A stretch of 31,406 nt of DNA, the filler included, from an uncultured bacterium (GTDB lineage Bacteria > Latescibacterota > UBA2968): assembly GCA_964471275.1 (NCBI GenBank). It is 11 parts of 11 records of this genome, joined end to end, with 100 filler letters (N's around TTAATTAATTAA, not from the genome) between each part and the next. Parts side by side here need not be neighbours in the genome. Positions count along the whole stretch, not along the records: positions 1 to 2,927 come from CAYYGZ010000358.1; positions 3,028 to 5,882 come from CAYYGZ010000359.1; positions 5,983 to 8,829 come from CAYYGZ010000360.1; positions 8,930 to 11,770 come from CAYYGZ010000361.1; 7 more parts are not named here. One strand, 5' to 3'. Below the pieces are notes generated by a model that saw only the letters and a list, made by a program, of their open reading frames with translations, was not told where the DNA came from and searched no databases. A program made the position numbers and the translations under genes. This document shows, piece after piece, positions 1 to 9,874 of the stretch (position 1 is its first letter; each line of letters opens with the position of its first letter).

Positions 1-2780
1 TTCGTTCGGCTTCGGAGTTCATCGAGCTCCAGGCCGGTGTGAGTGTCGACGGTGAAGTGTCGATCCGCGCCGGTGACTCCGAGGACACCGCCTACTATGT
101 CGACGGTGTCCGTATCGCCTCGACGGATCACGCCGGGACACGCGTGTATCGCGACGTGAACCGGACGTCGATCCAGGAGATGACGGTTGTCACGGGTGGT
201 ATGGCTGCCGAATACGGCAACGCCCAGGCCGGTGTGGTCAGCTTTGTGACACGTGAAGGTGGTCAGGAGTATCACGGTCTTGTCGATTACCAGTTCCAGC
301 CTGCGGGCCAGAAGCACTGGGGTGAGAACGTGTATGACAGTGCTATCCACCGTGGCAACAATGACTGGGAAAACCCCGACTGGATCGGTGAGACGGTCAC
401 ACTTCCGGACGGTTCATCGGTCCCGGCGCACCAGCGTCTGGACTACACGGGTACGGTCGGTCACTTTGTCGAGGGTAACATCGGTGGCCCGCTGTCGCCT
501 GGCCTTACGTTTTTCGCCAGTTCGAAGTATAAGCGGGACGCAAGTGTTCTTCCGGGTCCGAACCTGACGACGCCGTTCAACACGAACACGAACCTGAAGG
601 TGTCGTATAGCGCCTCACCGACGGTCAAGGTCCGCGTGGGTGGTTTCTACGACAAGCGCAGAAGTACGAGCCGCGGTCCGACCGAGGGCGGCCTGCTCGA
701 TCTCCGGAATGACGGCAAGAATCTCTTTATGGTTGATCCGAACCCGGCCGGTGAGCAGGAAGATATCGATTACTTGGCGTGGGCAAGCATCACGCATTCG
801 CTGTCGCCAAAGACGTTCTACGAGCTGCGTTTGTCGCTGTCGAAGTCGGCACGTGACACGACGGATCTTCCGACGGGTGGGGGAGTGACCAACCCCGAAA
901 CGACGCTTACGAGCAACCCGACAAAGGATGTCGCCGGCTACTATACCGTTTTCCGCCAGGTCGTCGACTGGCAGCGGTTCAGCCGTCAACGCCAGATTCT
1001 GAAGGGTGATCTGTCAAGCCAGGTCAACAAGCAGAACTTTGTGAAGACCGGGTTCGAGATCACACGCTACAACAACTGGAACCAGGATTACGCGTCCTCG
1101 GGGCCTTCGAGCCGCGGGGTTCGCTGGTATTCGAAGAGCTACAACCAGACGGCTTTCTTGCCCGGTGGCGCAAACACTGGTGTGAACCCGATCGAAGTGG
1201 GTCTGTATCTGCAGGACAAGATCGAGTTCGAGGGAATGATCGTGAACGCTGGTATCCGTGCCGATGCGCTCTACACGAAGGAAGAGACGACGGACGTCGA
1301 CGCCTTCTACGGTGGCAAGTCACCGATGTGGAAGAGCATGACACGGAACAAGAATGCACCGACGGTCGAGGGTAACCGCATCGCGGCAGTCAGCCCGCGT
1401 GTCGGTATCTCGCATCCGATCACAGCGAAGTCTCTTATCCGGTTCTTCTACGGCAAGTTCACGCAGATGCCGAACTTCGAGATGCTGTATCGGAACGAGT
1501 GGAAGTCTCAGTCGGCCAATGATAGCGATCTCAACGGTAACGGTACGATTGATACGGGTGAGCGGTGGAATGCGTTCGATGACAACTCAGCGCGTCACCA
1601 CAATGTGAACCTACCACCAGAAGAGACGGTGAGTTTCGAGCTCGGTCTGGACTGGAACTTCGTGTCCAACTATGTGCTGGGTCTGACGACGTATTACAAG
1701 AGCGCCGGGCACCAGTTGCTTGCGGCGTCTCAGCAGTGGCGTGATCCGGCCGCCCCGGGCTACGTTGCCGGTCAGCAGGGCTATGCCTTCGGTCGCTGGC
1801 GTGACACACGCGGGTTCGAGCTGGGGCTCCGCAAGCAGTTCTCGAATATGTTTGCGTTCAACCTGGGCTACAATCTGCAGTGGGCTGACGTGGGACGTAA
1901 CTCCGCACACCGTCGCGATGTTTGGCCGGATTCGGTGTTCGTCGCTAACGGTCACTACTGGAACTCGTATACGACCGACCCGTCAACGGGTGAGGAGATA
2001 CCGATACCGCTGAGCGATACGGATCGCAACAGGTTCGCTTCAGAAGCAAGCAAAGCTATGCGGAGTATGCAGTCGAGCCTGGACAGACGTTCGTCCTGGT
2101 CGTGGATCCCGTGGCTGTCGCACTACTCGTCCGAAGGCCGTCCGCAGGCAGACGGGACACTCGACGCCTCGGAGTATGGCAGCGATGATGCAGACTTCTG
2201 GAAGAGGATTTCGTCGAACCCGAACTATCCGGGTTCCGGCGAGGGCAATCTGCTGGTCGGTCACAACCAGGAGACCGGTGAGCGTGAACCGCTTAACCGT
2301 GACCGTCGCGCCTACGGGAGCATGACCTTCCTGTTGGCGACACCGGCGGACTATGGTCCCTGGGCGGGTCAGGCACTGGGTAACCTTCGTGCCAACCTTG
2401 TCTACCGGATCTTCACGGGGCAGCGATTTGAATTCACGGGTCTCGCGAAGGGTATCGATTCATTCGAGTATGGTCCGATGCACACCCGGACAGACCTCAA
2501 TGCCGAGAAGCAGATCGGTGGATCGTCAGCAGCCACGGTAACGCTGGCGGTCGAGGTGTTCAACCTCTTCAACCAGCAGGATGTTCGGGCAAAAGAAGCA
2601 TCATCCGGTCCTTTTGACGATCTCGACGTGGATATGGACGAGATTCGTTGGCAGCAGTACGGTATCGATGGTCTTGAGCCCACAAGCGCTGACTTCAACA
2701 CATACGGTGCAGTCAATGATATCTCCAATTCTCTGGACCGTCCGCGTGAGTTGAGCTTCAGCCTGCGGATCAAATTCTAG
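1..2780 (+). CDS. TonB-dependent outer-membrane receptor (FCB-group type), 5' truncated
   Basis: Frame is open from base 3. Plug-domain motifs IRAG..TAYYVDG and SIQEMTVVTGGMAAEYGNAQAGVV; barrel motifs GLYLQDKIEFEGMIVNAGIRAD, SPRVGISHPIT, LPPEETVSFELG, EVFNLFN; C-terminal aromatic residue (FSLRIKF). Confidence 0.93.
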   Translation, partial: RSASEFIELQAGVSVDGEVSIRAGDSEDTAYYVDGVRIASTDHAGTRVYRDVNRTSIQEMTVVTGGMAAEYGNAQAGVVSFVTREGGQEYHGLVDYQFQPAGQKHWGENVYDSAIHRGNNDWENPDWIGETVTLPDGSSVPAHQRLDYTGTVGHFVEGNIGGPLSPGLTFFASSKYKRDASVLPGPNLTTPFNTNTNLKVSYSASPTVKVRVGGFYDKRRSTSRGPTEGGLLDLRNDGKNLFMVDPNPAGEQEDIDYLAWASITHSLSPKTFYELRLSLSKSARDTTDLPTGGGVTNPETTLTSNPTKDVAGYYTVFRQVVDWQRFSRQRQILKGDLSSQVNKQNFVKTGFEITRYNNWNQDYASSGPSSRGVRWYSKSYNQTAFLPGGANTGVNPIEVGLYLQDKIEFEGMIVNAGIRADALYTKEETTDVDAFYGGKSPMWKSMTRNKNAPTVEGNRIAAVSPRVGISHPITAKSLIRFFYGKFTQMPNFEMLYRNEWKSQSANDSDLNGNGTIDTGERWNAFDDNSARHHNVNLPPEETVSFELGLDWNFVSNYVLGLTTYYKSAGHQLLAASQQWRDPAAPGYVAGQQGYAFGRWRDTRGFELGLRKQFSNMFAFNLGYNLQWADVGRNSAHRRDVWPDSVFVANGHYWNSYTTDPSTGEEIPIPLSDTDRNRFASEASKAMRSMQSSLDRRSSWSWIPWLSHYSSEGRPQADGTLDASEYGSDDADFWKRISSNPNYPGSGEGNLLVGHNQETGEREPLNRDRRAYGSMTFLLATPADYGPWAGQALGNLRANLVYRIFTGQRFEFTGLAKGIDSFEYGPMHTRTDLNAEKQIGGSSAATVTLAVEVFNLFNQQDVRAKEASSGPFDDLDVDMDEIRWQQYGIDGLEPTSADFNTYGAVNDISNSLDRPRELSFSLRIKF

Positions 2781-2889
2781 GCAACGCTTCGCGTTGCTCG
2801 GAGTTGCTGTCGCAACTCCAGCGAAATGAAAAGATACGAACTTCGCTCACGCAGCCTGTGGGGCGAGGTGATATCAAAGAGGTTCGGTG

Positions 2890-2924
2890 GGTGTCCGGGG
2901 ATGACAATCTCATCCCCGGACACC
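2890..2924. terminator. Perfect 15-bp inverted repeat (terminator or REP-like hairpin) downstream of the TonB receptor
   Basis: GGTGTCCGGGGATGA-caatc-TCATCCCCGGACACC. The contig ends 3 nt later, so a U-tract cannot be seen. Confidence 0.6.
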
Positions 2925-2927
2925 GGC

Positions 2928-3027
2928 NNNNNNNNNNNNNNNNNNNNNNNNNNNNNNNNNNNNNNNNNNNNTTAATTAATTAANNNNNNNNNNNNNNNNN
3001 NNNNNNNNNNNNNNNNNNNNNNNNNNN
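2928..3027. other. Artificial contig linker N44-TTAATTAATTAA-N44 (also at 5883-5982, 8830-8929, 11771-11870, 14673-14772, 17549-17648, 20401-20500, 23242-23341, 26021-26120, 28752-28851)
   Basis: Identical 100-nt spacer with stops in all six frames. Flanking complete contigs fall monotonically in length (2855, 2847, 2841, 2802, 2776, 2752, 2741, 2679, 2631). Confidence 0.99.
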
Positions 3028-4170
3028 GGGCGGCTGTCGACAGATATTGCATGGGACAGCCACAACAGCGTAACGATGGCGATCGATAGAGACGACCAAA
3101 TCCATCTCTGCGGGAATATGCACGTAGACCCGTTGATCTATTTTCGCACGACAAAGCCGCTCGATGTGACGTCGTTCGAGCGGGTCGATCGAATGATCGG
3201 TGAGAACGAGGACCGATGTACCTATCCAGTCTTCATGCGTGGTCCTGGGGGCGAACTGGTATTCCGTTTCCGGGATGGCAGGAGCGGGAACGGCGTCGAT
3301 TACTACAATCAGTATGACGAAGCGACGCAGTCGTGGCATCGGCTGGTCGACAAGCCGATTCTCGATGGGATGGATCTGATGAACGCCTATGCCCGGATGC
3401 CGGAACTGGGTCCGGATGGCGTGTATCACATGGTTTGGATGTGGCGTGACACCGGAGACTGCGCAACGAATCACGACATCTCTTATGCACGGAGTCGCGA
3501 TCTCGTGACCTGGGAGGCAGGTGACGGGTCGATGCTGCCTTTGCCGATCACCGTGGAGGCGAAGCCTTCGATCGTCGACCCCGTAGCAGCCGGGGACGGG
3601 CTGATCAATATGTGCCAATCGCTTGGGTTCGACTCAAAGAAACGGCCTGTCGTCAGCTATCACAAGCACGGCCCTGACGGCAACACCCAAGCCTACTGCT
3701 CGCGATTGGAGGACGGCGTCTGGAAGGCCTATGTGCTGAGCGACTGGGATTATCGATGGGACTTTTCGGGCGGGGGCTCGATCGGTGCTGAGATTCGACT
3801 TGGGGGCGCAAAGACCGAGGAGGACGGTCACCTGAGTATGGTGTGGTGGCACGCGAAGAAGGGATCGGGTATCTGGAAGCTGAACGAGGAGATGCTGACC
3901 GTTGTCGGTGCCTATCCTGATCCGGAACCCGAGTTACCGACGGAATTGTTGAGGACGACGTCTGAATACCCGGGAATGTCTGTCAGGACGGCAAACGGCA
4001 GGATGGCCAAACAGGACGACACCGATGGCTTCTACGACGAGGCGACTGCGGCGCGTCTGGAAGGTGAAAGGTATCTGCTCCGGTGGGAAACGCTGGGGGC
4101 GAATCGCGACCGACCGCGGGACGAGATTCCGCCACCGAGCGAGCTGTGGCTTTACATTCTCGGAAGATAG
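3028..4170 (+). CDS. BNR_4 (BNR repeat-containing) beta-propeller protein, 5' truncated
   Basis: Frame is open from the contig start: GRLSTDIAWDSHNSVTMAIDRDDQIHLCGNMH. Motifs TYPVF, FRDGRSGNG, WMWRDT..ATNHDISYARSRDLVTW (Asp-box). Confidence 0.88.
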   Translation, partial: GRLSTDIAWDSHNSVTMAIDRDDQIHLCGNMHVDPLIYFRTTKPLDVTSFERVDRMIGENEDRCTYPVFMRGPGGELVFRFRDGRSGNGVDYYNQYDEATQSWHRLVDKPILDGMDLMNAYARMPELGPDGVYHMVWMWRDTGDCATNHDISYARSRDLVTWEAGDGSMLPLPITVEAKPSIVDPVAAGDGLINMCQSLGFDSKKRPVVSYHKHGPDGNTQAYCSRLEDGVWKAYVLSDWDYRWDFSGGGSIGAEIRLGGAKTEEDGHLSMVWWHAKKGSGIWKLNEEMLTVVGAYPDPEPELPTELLRTTSEYPGMSVRTANGRMAKQDDTDGFYDEATAARLEGERYLLRWETLGANRDRPRDEIPPPSELWLYILGR

Positions 4171-4171
4171 T

Positions 4172-5882
4172 CTACTGCGAGGCGCGGGCCTCTGAAACGA
4201 GGGCTTCGACCGTGGTGTCCAGCGCTTTGGCCACATTTGCGAGCACCCGATCAGCTACGGGTTTCAATGAGCCTTGGTTGATTGCCTTGCCGTGGTGCTG
4301 CAACAAATCTAACACGTATGCTTTCGCGGGCTGGAGCTCCTCGAGGTAGACCAAGGCAGTAATCATGTTCAGCCGAGGTTCGATTCTCTGAGGCCGATCC
4401 GCGATTAAGCTGTTCAGGATCCGGTGAGCATCCTGGTAGCGTTCTGTCTGAAGGTAGAAGTAGGCCCGGTCGTTCCGGACGGCAACCGATTCCGGATCGA
4501 TCTGCAGCGCCTGCAGGAATGATCTCTCTGCTTCCTCGTGCCTTCCGAGCGCGACTGCACAACGAGCGAGCGTGTGCAGGGCTACAAGTGACTTCGAGTT
4601 GCGCTTGTATGCTTCCTTCGCCTGCTCTGAGGCACTTTCGAATTTCCCTGCCCGTTCATATGCCTGTGCCAGTCCCAGCCTCGCCTCTATATCCGCGGGG
4701 GACCGGTTTACGGCATCTGCGAATGCAACAATCGCTGCATTGTATCTCGACTGTGAGAAGTGCAGGATCCCGAGGTTGACCAGGACGTCCGTCTCCTGCT
4801 TCAGCACCGGCAGCACACGTTGGTAGATCTCGAGTGCGCGGCCGAGGTCGCTTGCCGAATGGAACATCGTGCCTAACGCGTATAGCTTACGCCAGCTCTT
4901 CTTGTCTCCCGGCGTACGTTCAACGGCCAGAATCAGACTCTCCAGCTTCTTCTCCAGCCTGTCGTTTCGACCTTCCTCCTCGTGACCCAGATACTCGAAC
5001 ACACGCGTTTGGGATTCATCAAACGTATGTACCGGCAGGAAGCTCTTCGGGTTCTGCACGATCGCCGGATTGAGCACCTTCGAGGATGATCCAAATATGG
5101 CGTCAGCAACGACATAGTCTGCACCGATCTTGCTGAGTTCGCGTAGCAGCGGAAGCGGCTTGATCCAGGGGTAGCTCGCAGTCGTCCGACAGGATATCAC
5201 GTACATCAGGAAGGGCTTGCGGCACACAATCAACGCGTCTTGAGGCGTATTGTATCTGACCCAATCCGCGCTTTCGAAATAGTTGCGCCAGGCAGCGTGG
5301 TATGGCGGGTGGTCAATCTGGGTTGCCGCGGATCGAGCGGCGTTTGCGCAGAGGACCGTCGCCACGACAGCGAAGGGCGCCCAGTATGTGATCTGACGGG
5401 GGACGGGGATCTTGCCGAGAAGATCTCGAACGCTCCAGTAGAATGCGTAGATGGCGAGTGGGATGATCGGCACGATGAACCGGGGGTCGGCCCAGATCTG
5501 GGGCCAGAGCATTACGACAACAGTGTACAGGGCGAGATAGACACCGATCGGGGCTTCTTTCCGCGAGCGGCGGATGGTCATAACGATAAAATACAGGAAC
5601 AGCAAGTCGATCAGCACGGATAGACTGACGGAGAGCCAGGTGCTCGGCGATCGCAGATCCGTGAAAGGTGCAAAGGCCCACGGCAGGAATTGGAGACCAT
5701 ATTTGTTGAGATTCTGGCCGATTCGATCGATCAGAAGACCGATTGAGATCGCGTCGCTCGTGTCTGTTACGTACGGATTGATGCTAGAGAACTGCTCCAG
5801 GTATGCGGAGCTTTGCAGCACCCACGGGAGAATGAGCAGGGCCGCTGCCATTCCTGTCAAGAGACCGTGCTTGAATCTCCTG
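4172..5882 (-). CDS. Membrane protein with GT-C (ArnT/PMT-like) N-terminal region fused to C-terminal TPR repeats, 5' truncated
   Basis: Several hydrophobic helices including WADPRFIVPIIP, then WVRYNTPQDALIV and GADYVV periplasmic motifs, then about 6 TPR-like repeats (NLGILHF, ARLGLAQAYE, FLQALQIDP). Confidence 0.78.
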
Positions 5883-5982
5883 NNNNNNNNNNNNNNNNNN
5901 NNNNNNNNNNNNNNNNNNNNNNNNNNTTAATTAATTAANNNNNNNNNNNNNNNNNNNNNNNNNNNNNNNNNNNNNNNNNNNN

Positions 5983-6539
5983 TGGAAGAGGCTGTGAGTG
6001 GCTGTGATGCCGTCATCCATATGGCAGGTAACCCTTCGATGCAGGCGACATTCGAGGAAGTACACGAGGCGAACAGTCTCGGCACCTACTGCATATATGA
6101 AGCGTGCGTCCGACAGAACTGTCCCCGCGTGATCTTTGCGAGCACAAACCACGTTACCGGAAATTATGAGAAGGAAGGGATCTACACGACGCCGGATATG
6201 CCGATTCGCCCTGACAGCTTCTACGGGGCGTGCAAGGCTCACGGCGAAGGTCTGGGTCGCTACTACGCGGACAAGCTGGGACTTTCTGTTATAGTCCTGA
6301 GGATTGGATCCTTTCAGCCGGTCAAGAACCTGCAGAACGCCAAGCGCGACCGTATTCTGTCGACGTGGCTGAGCTACAAGGATGCGGTGCAGCTGTGCTG
6401 GCGCGGGATCGAGGCAGAGGACGTGAAGTTCGGGATTTACTACGGGATCTCGGGGAACACGCGCGCGTACTGGGATATACAGAACGCGAAGGATGAGCTG
6501 GGATACGAGCCGATCGACAACGCGGAAGAATACGCTTGA
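5983..6539 (+). CDS. NAD-dependent epimerase/dehydratase (extended SDR), uronate dehydrogenase-like, 5' truncated
   Basis: DAVIHMAG, VIFASTNHVTG, RPDSFYGACK (YxxxK), LRIGS, STWLS, YYGISGN, LGYEPIDNAE. Confidence 0.88.
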
Positions 6540-6731
6540 TCGCACAACCCCCAATGGGGGCGTCCCAGCCTCGCGCAGGGAGCAGGCCAGTAGAACCAAA
6601 GAACCGGCGGACTTCGAGCAGATTCGAGAAGTCCTTCCTCGCCTTACGCTATGGGTGAGTTCTCGACTGGCACTCGAACTGACGCCGCATATTCGATGAC
6701 CAAGACATAGCACTACTCTCGTGACAGTCCA

Positions 6732-7739
6732 CTAATAATCCACCCGCCGCGCCAACCCCTCATCCAACAACATCTGATTTAGATAATGACCACGATCGAC
6801 GATCTGTTGACCGTGGTCTTCGTCGTTTGGCAGGAAGACGTCGACGAGATAGCGGTCGTAGGCATCCGGCTTCGTTGACGTGATACCGATCCAGTCGTGG
6901 CCTTCCAGAACGTTTTCGACGAAGGCTTTGGCACGATCGCCATCCGGTGTCCCGAGTTCCGGCGTATCGATGCCGCAAAGACGCGTTCGCTCTCAGATGA
7001 ACGCGCCGTAGATGGGCTGGATCTGGAGCAGAAGGGCGTCGCCGTCGATGACACGCTCGACCTGGGCGAGATACGTGTAGTACCGGACCTTTCGGCTACT
7101 TGTGGCACGGACAGTGTATCGCTGGTCCTGTCGTGACTTGACGACATCGCCAAGTGGGGCACGCTCAAGGCCCAGATCGGATAGACGGGCGTAGAGCGTG
7201 AATCCGAGGTCGAGCAGACGACCGGCGGGTGGCAGATCGACACCACAAACGACATCGATTCGGCCACGGAGCGGTTCGAGAGGAGGGTGAAGGCTGGTTT
7301 CGAGGTATTGAAGCGCCGCGTGCAGGGCCAGATGAACCTGTCGCTCCAGTTCGCGCGTCGGCCACCGATTGTTGGCGGTTTCGGCCTCGATTCGGTCGCG
7401 ATCCCCGTCGTCAGGCACCCGGAGCAGGATCCTGTAATGTGTCTATTCCAATGCTGCACGCGCGTGCAGTTTCGGATGCCATCGATACAGTTTATGACCA
7501 TCTCGAAGCAGTTTCTCGGCAAGACCCAGGTCCAGTGCCAGGCTTTCGAACAGCCTCTCACCGTAATTGGAGGTTCGGTCGTTCCCCAACAGGTATCGAT
7601 CGATCAGGCGCCCAACTTCGTGGTAAGTCGTCAATTGCTCCCGCTCGACAGCCCGCTGTGCCCGGAGCTTGCCGGCGGCAAGGATATCCGCGATTGAATC
7701 GAGGAGTTTGCGATAGGGGGCCAGATCGGGAGTTGGCAT
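6732..7739 (-). pseudogene. DUF1016(YhcG)-N-terminal domain fused to a thermonuclease (SNase) domain, with two in-frame stops
   Basis: A single frame of 336 codons. YHEVGRLI..NYGERLFESLALDL..LE*THYRILL..RWPTRELERQV (DUF1016_N; TAG 7443-7445 at the conserved Trp), then YLAQVERVIDGD..FI*ERTRLCGIDTPE..DAYDRYLVDVFL..YLNQMLLDEGLARRVDY (SNase; TGA 6993-6995). Confidence 0.85.
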
Positions 7740-7754
7740 ATCGAGGGCACGGGG

Positions 7755-8423
7755 CTACAGTAGTTCTACTGCGTCGGCCAAACTGTCCAGTATCCTGTCG
7801 GCCTGCGAGTGGTCCTGATGCGACGTGAAGAAATTCGGTACTGCGAAGACCGACATCCCCGCCGACCTCGCCGCAATTACACCCGGTTGACTGTCCTCAA
7901 AGACCAGACACGCCTTTGGGTTTACGCCCAGTTGTTCGGCGGCGAGCAGGTAGATATCGGGTGCCGGCTTGGTGTGCACGACATCGCTTCCGGAAAGGAT
8001 GGCAGAGAACATTTCGTCGAGGTCGTTCACTCTGAGGTAGGGAAGCAGACCGTTCGTCAACGTGGTCGTCATCCACGGCCGCTTGGTAGATGACGCGATC
8101 CCCAGCGGATAGCGACCTTCGATGTGGTCCAGCAGGTCGATGATTCCGGGCATCAGGTCGATACCACCGGGCATCGATATCATATCCTCGAACCGGTCTA
8201 TCCACGCTTTGCAGAAAGCCTCCGGTGTCGTCCCCAGGCTGAACTGCTTAACGGCATTTGCCGCGTTGACCTCGACCGGTATACCGACCGCGGCCGTGTA
8301 GTTCTCACGTGTGATCATCTCGCCATAGTCACTGAGTGTCTCGATGTACGTGCGGGCGTAGAGCTCTTCGGAATCGACGATCAAACCGTCAACGTCGAAG
8401 ATGATTGCAGCATATTCAGACAT
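7755..8423 (-). CDS. HAD-superfamily phosphatase (beta-PGM/CbbY-like, subfamily IA)
   Basis: MSEYAAIIFDVDGLIVDSE (motif I), IASST (II), KPAPDIY (III), VFEDSQPG (IV). Start placed at ATG 8423. Confidence 0.92.
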   Translation of the reverse strand: MSEYAAIIFDVDGLIVDSEELYARTYIETLSDYGEMITRENYTAAVGIPVEVNAANAVKQFSLGTTPEAFCKAWIDRFEDMISMPGGIDLMPGIIDLLDHIEGRYPLGIASSTKRPWMTTTLTNGLLPYLRVNDLDEMFSAILSGSDVVHTKPAPDIYLLAAEQLGVNPKACLVFEDSQPGVIAARSAGMSVFAVPNFFTSHQDHSQADRILDSLADAVELL

Positions 8424-8440
8424 AGAATCAGAACCTTCAA

Positions 8441-8464
8441 CACGAAGACACAAAGATACAAAGG
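8441..8464. repeat. Degenerate 8-bp tandem repeat x3
   Basis: CACGAAGA CACAAAGA TACAAAGG, intergenic, upstream of the HAD gene. Confidence 0.6.
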
Positions 8465-8531
8465 AAACCACAGGACCAGGTTACGGCAGTCATCGCAGAT
8501 AACTGTGACCAGGAGTGAAGACCCTCTCCTG

Positions 8532-8708
8532 CTAGCGGAAGAGGGCGCGCGTGACACCATCACCAGCGAAACCTGCTTCGCTCACGCCTGCGACCTTCTC
8601 GATATCTCCAACTGGAAGATTGTCGGGTAGGAGGTCCCCGTTGATAGACTGTGCGACGAGGATGTTGCAGGATAGCAGGAATATCAATGCGACTCTAGTT
8701 CTTGCCAT
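8532..8708 (-). pseudogene. 58-aa remnant of a secreted NHL-repeat-like protein
   Basis: MARTRVALIFLLSCNILVAQSINGDLLPDNLPVGDIEKVAGVSEAGFAGDGVTRALFR*. A signal-peptide-like start is followed by a segment resembling the NHL motif I.TVAG.G..GFSGDG. Not in the ORF track. Confidence 0.45.
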
Positions 8709-8929
8709 CTATTGTATTCTCTGGTGCTCCGAATCGACCTATTTCCTATTGCCAGAAACGACGCTAGACCGGATAGACGATCGCGCTGTTGTAGGGCAGC
8801 ACGAGCGGGAACGGACCGTCTTCAGGGAANNNNNNNNNNNNNNNNNNNNNNNNNNNNNNNNNNNNNNNNNNNNTTAATTAATTAANNNNNNNNNNNNNNN
8901 NNNNNNNNNNNNNNNNNNNNNNNNNNNNN

Positions 8930-9833
8930 CGCAGGTCAGTATAGTCGTGGAGAGATCGAGAAGGGGTTGGGTGCCTTTGCTGATCAAGGGTATCACGCTT
9001 TTCGGGCAATGGTCGAGAATTTTTGGGTCGAGATCGAGGATGACGGGGCCATGTCGGAGAAAGGCATCGGGCACTGACGCGACGTGCCCAGAGATGCAGA
9101 TATCCTTTACTACAAGAAACGCGCGGAATCCTACAGGCTGCCGGTAAAGCCGTTGGCGATGGAGAAAGTCGGCGGGATGTATCCGCACACGCACACCCCG
9201 TGGGAGATTGGCAAGCCGGTTTCTGATATCGATGTGTGGACCAGTTTCGGCAAGAGTCTGCCCGGGGTCTCACAAACCTGGCAGCGGCGCGAAGGAGAAA
9301 CGCACGGTGTAGAGGATGGCACGCCGGATTGTCTGATTCTGATTGATTCATCCGGCAGCATGGCCAATCCCTGCGATGAGCTGTCTCACGTGGTCCTGGG
9401 AGCGGGGTGCGCAGCGGACGCCTATCTACGCCGCCGTCGCAAGGTTGCGGCCTACAATTTCAGCGATGCCCCCCAGGGCGGCGTCGAGAGATTGGGATTT
9501 ACGGAAGATCGAGACGCCGTGTACAGAACGCTCTGCCGCTACTTCGGCGGCGGCACCGAATTGGTGTTCGAAGAATTCAAGTCGTATGATTCCCGACAAA
9601 TGGATATCTTCATCATTACGGATATGCAGATCTCGAACCTGGGGTCCGTGATTCGATACCTGTCGTCTGCTGCCGTTCGGGTCACGGCAGTGCACGTTGG
9701 GCAGACACGGGAAGCCGATCAGTTTCGCTCCTCGACCCGAGAGGACAATCACATCGCTGTTTACGCTGTTGAATCGCCAGAGGACATCCCGGGGATCGTT
9801 CTTGCGAAGGCGGAAGCGCGGTTTGTAGCCTGA
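8930..9833 (+). CDS. von Willebrand factor A (VWA) domain protein, 5' truncated, with an in-frame TGA at 9075-9077
   Basis: MIDAS motif LILIDSSGSM, FGGGTE, IFIITDMQI. The same frame reads protein-like from 8931 (AGQYSRGEIEKGLG..EKGIGH*RDVPRDADILYY), which suggests a nonsense lesion rather than a real GTG start at 9084. Confidence 0.8.
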
Positions 9834-9874
9834 CAGGTCAGAGACCGAGGTTTACAGTTTTCAGAGGGGAACGT

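Noticed and set aside
2972..2983. TTAATTAATTAA recurring about every 2.8 kb, resembling a regularly spaced repeat or array
   Set aside because: It is always embedded in N44 flanks. It is an artificial six-frame-stop contig linker, not biology and not CRISPR.
6779..7828. ORFs 6779-7561(-), 7229-7828(+) and 7287-7697(+)
   Set aside because: They are shadow frames over the DUF1016/thermonuclease pseudogene, which carries the conserved motifs.
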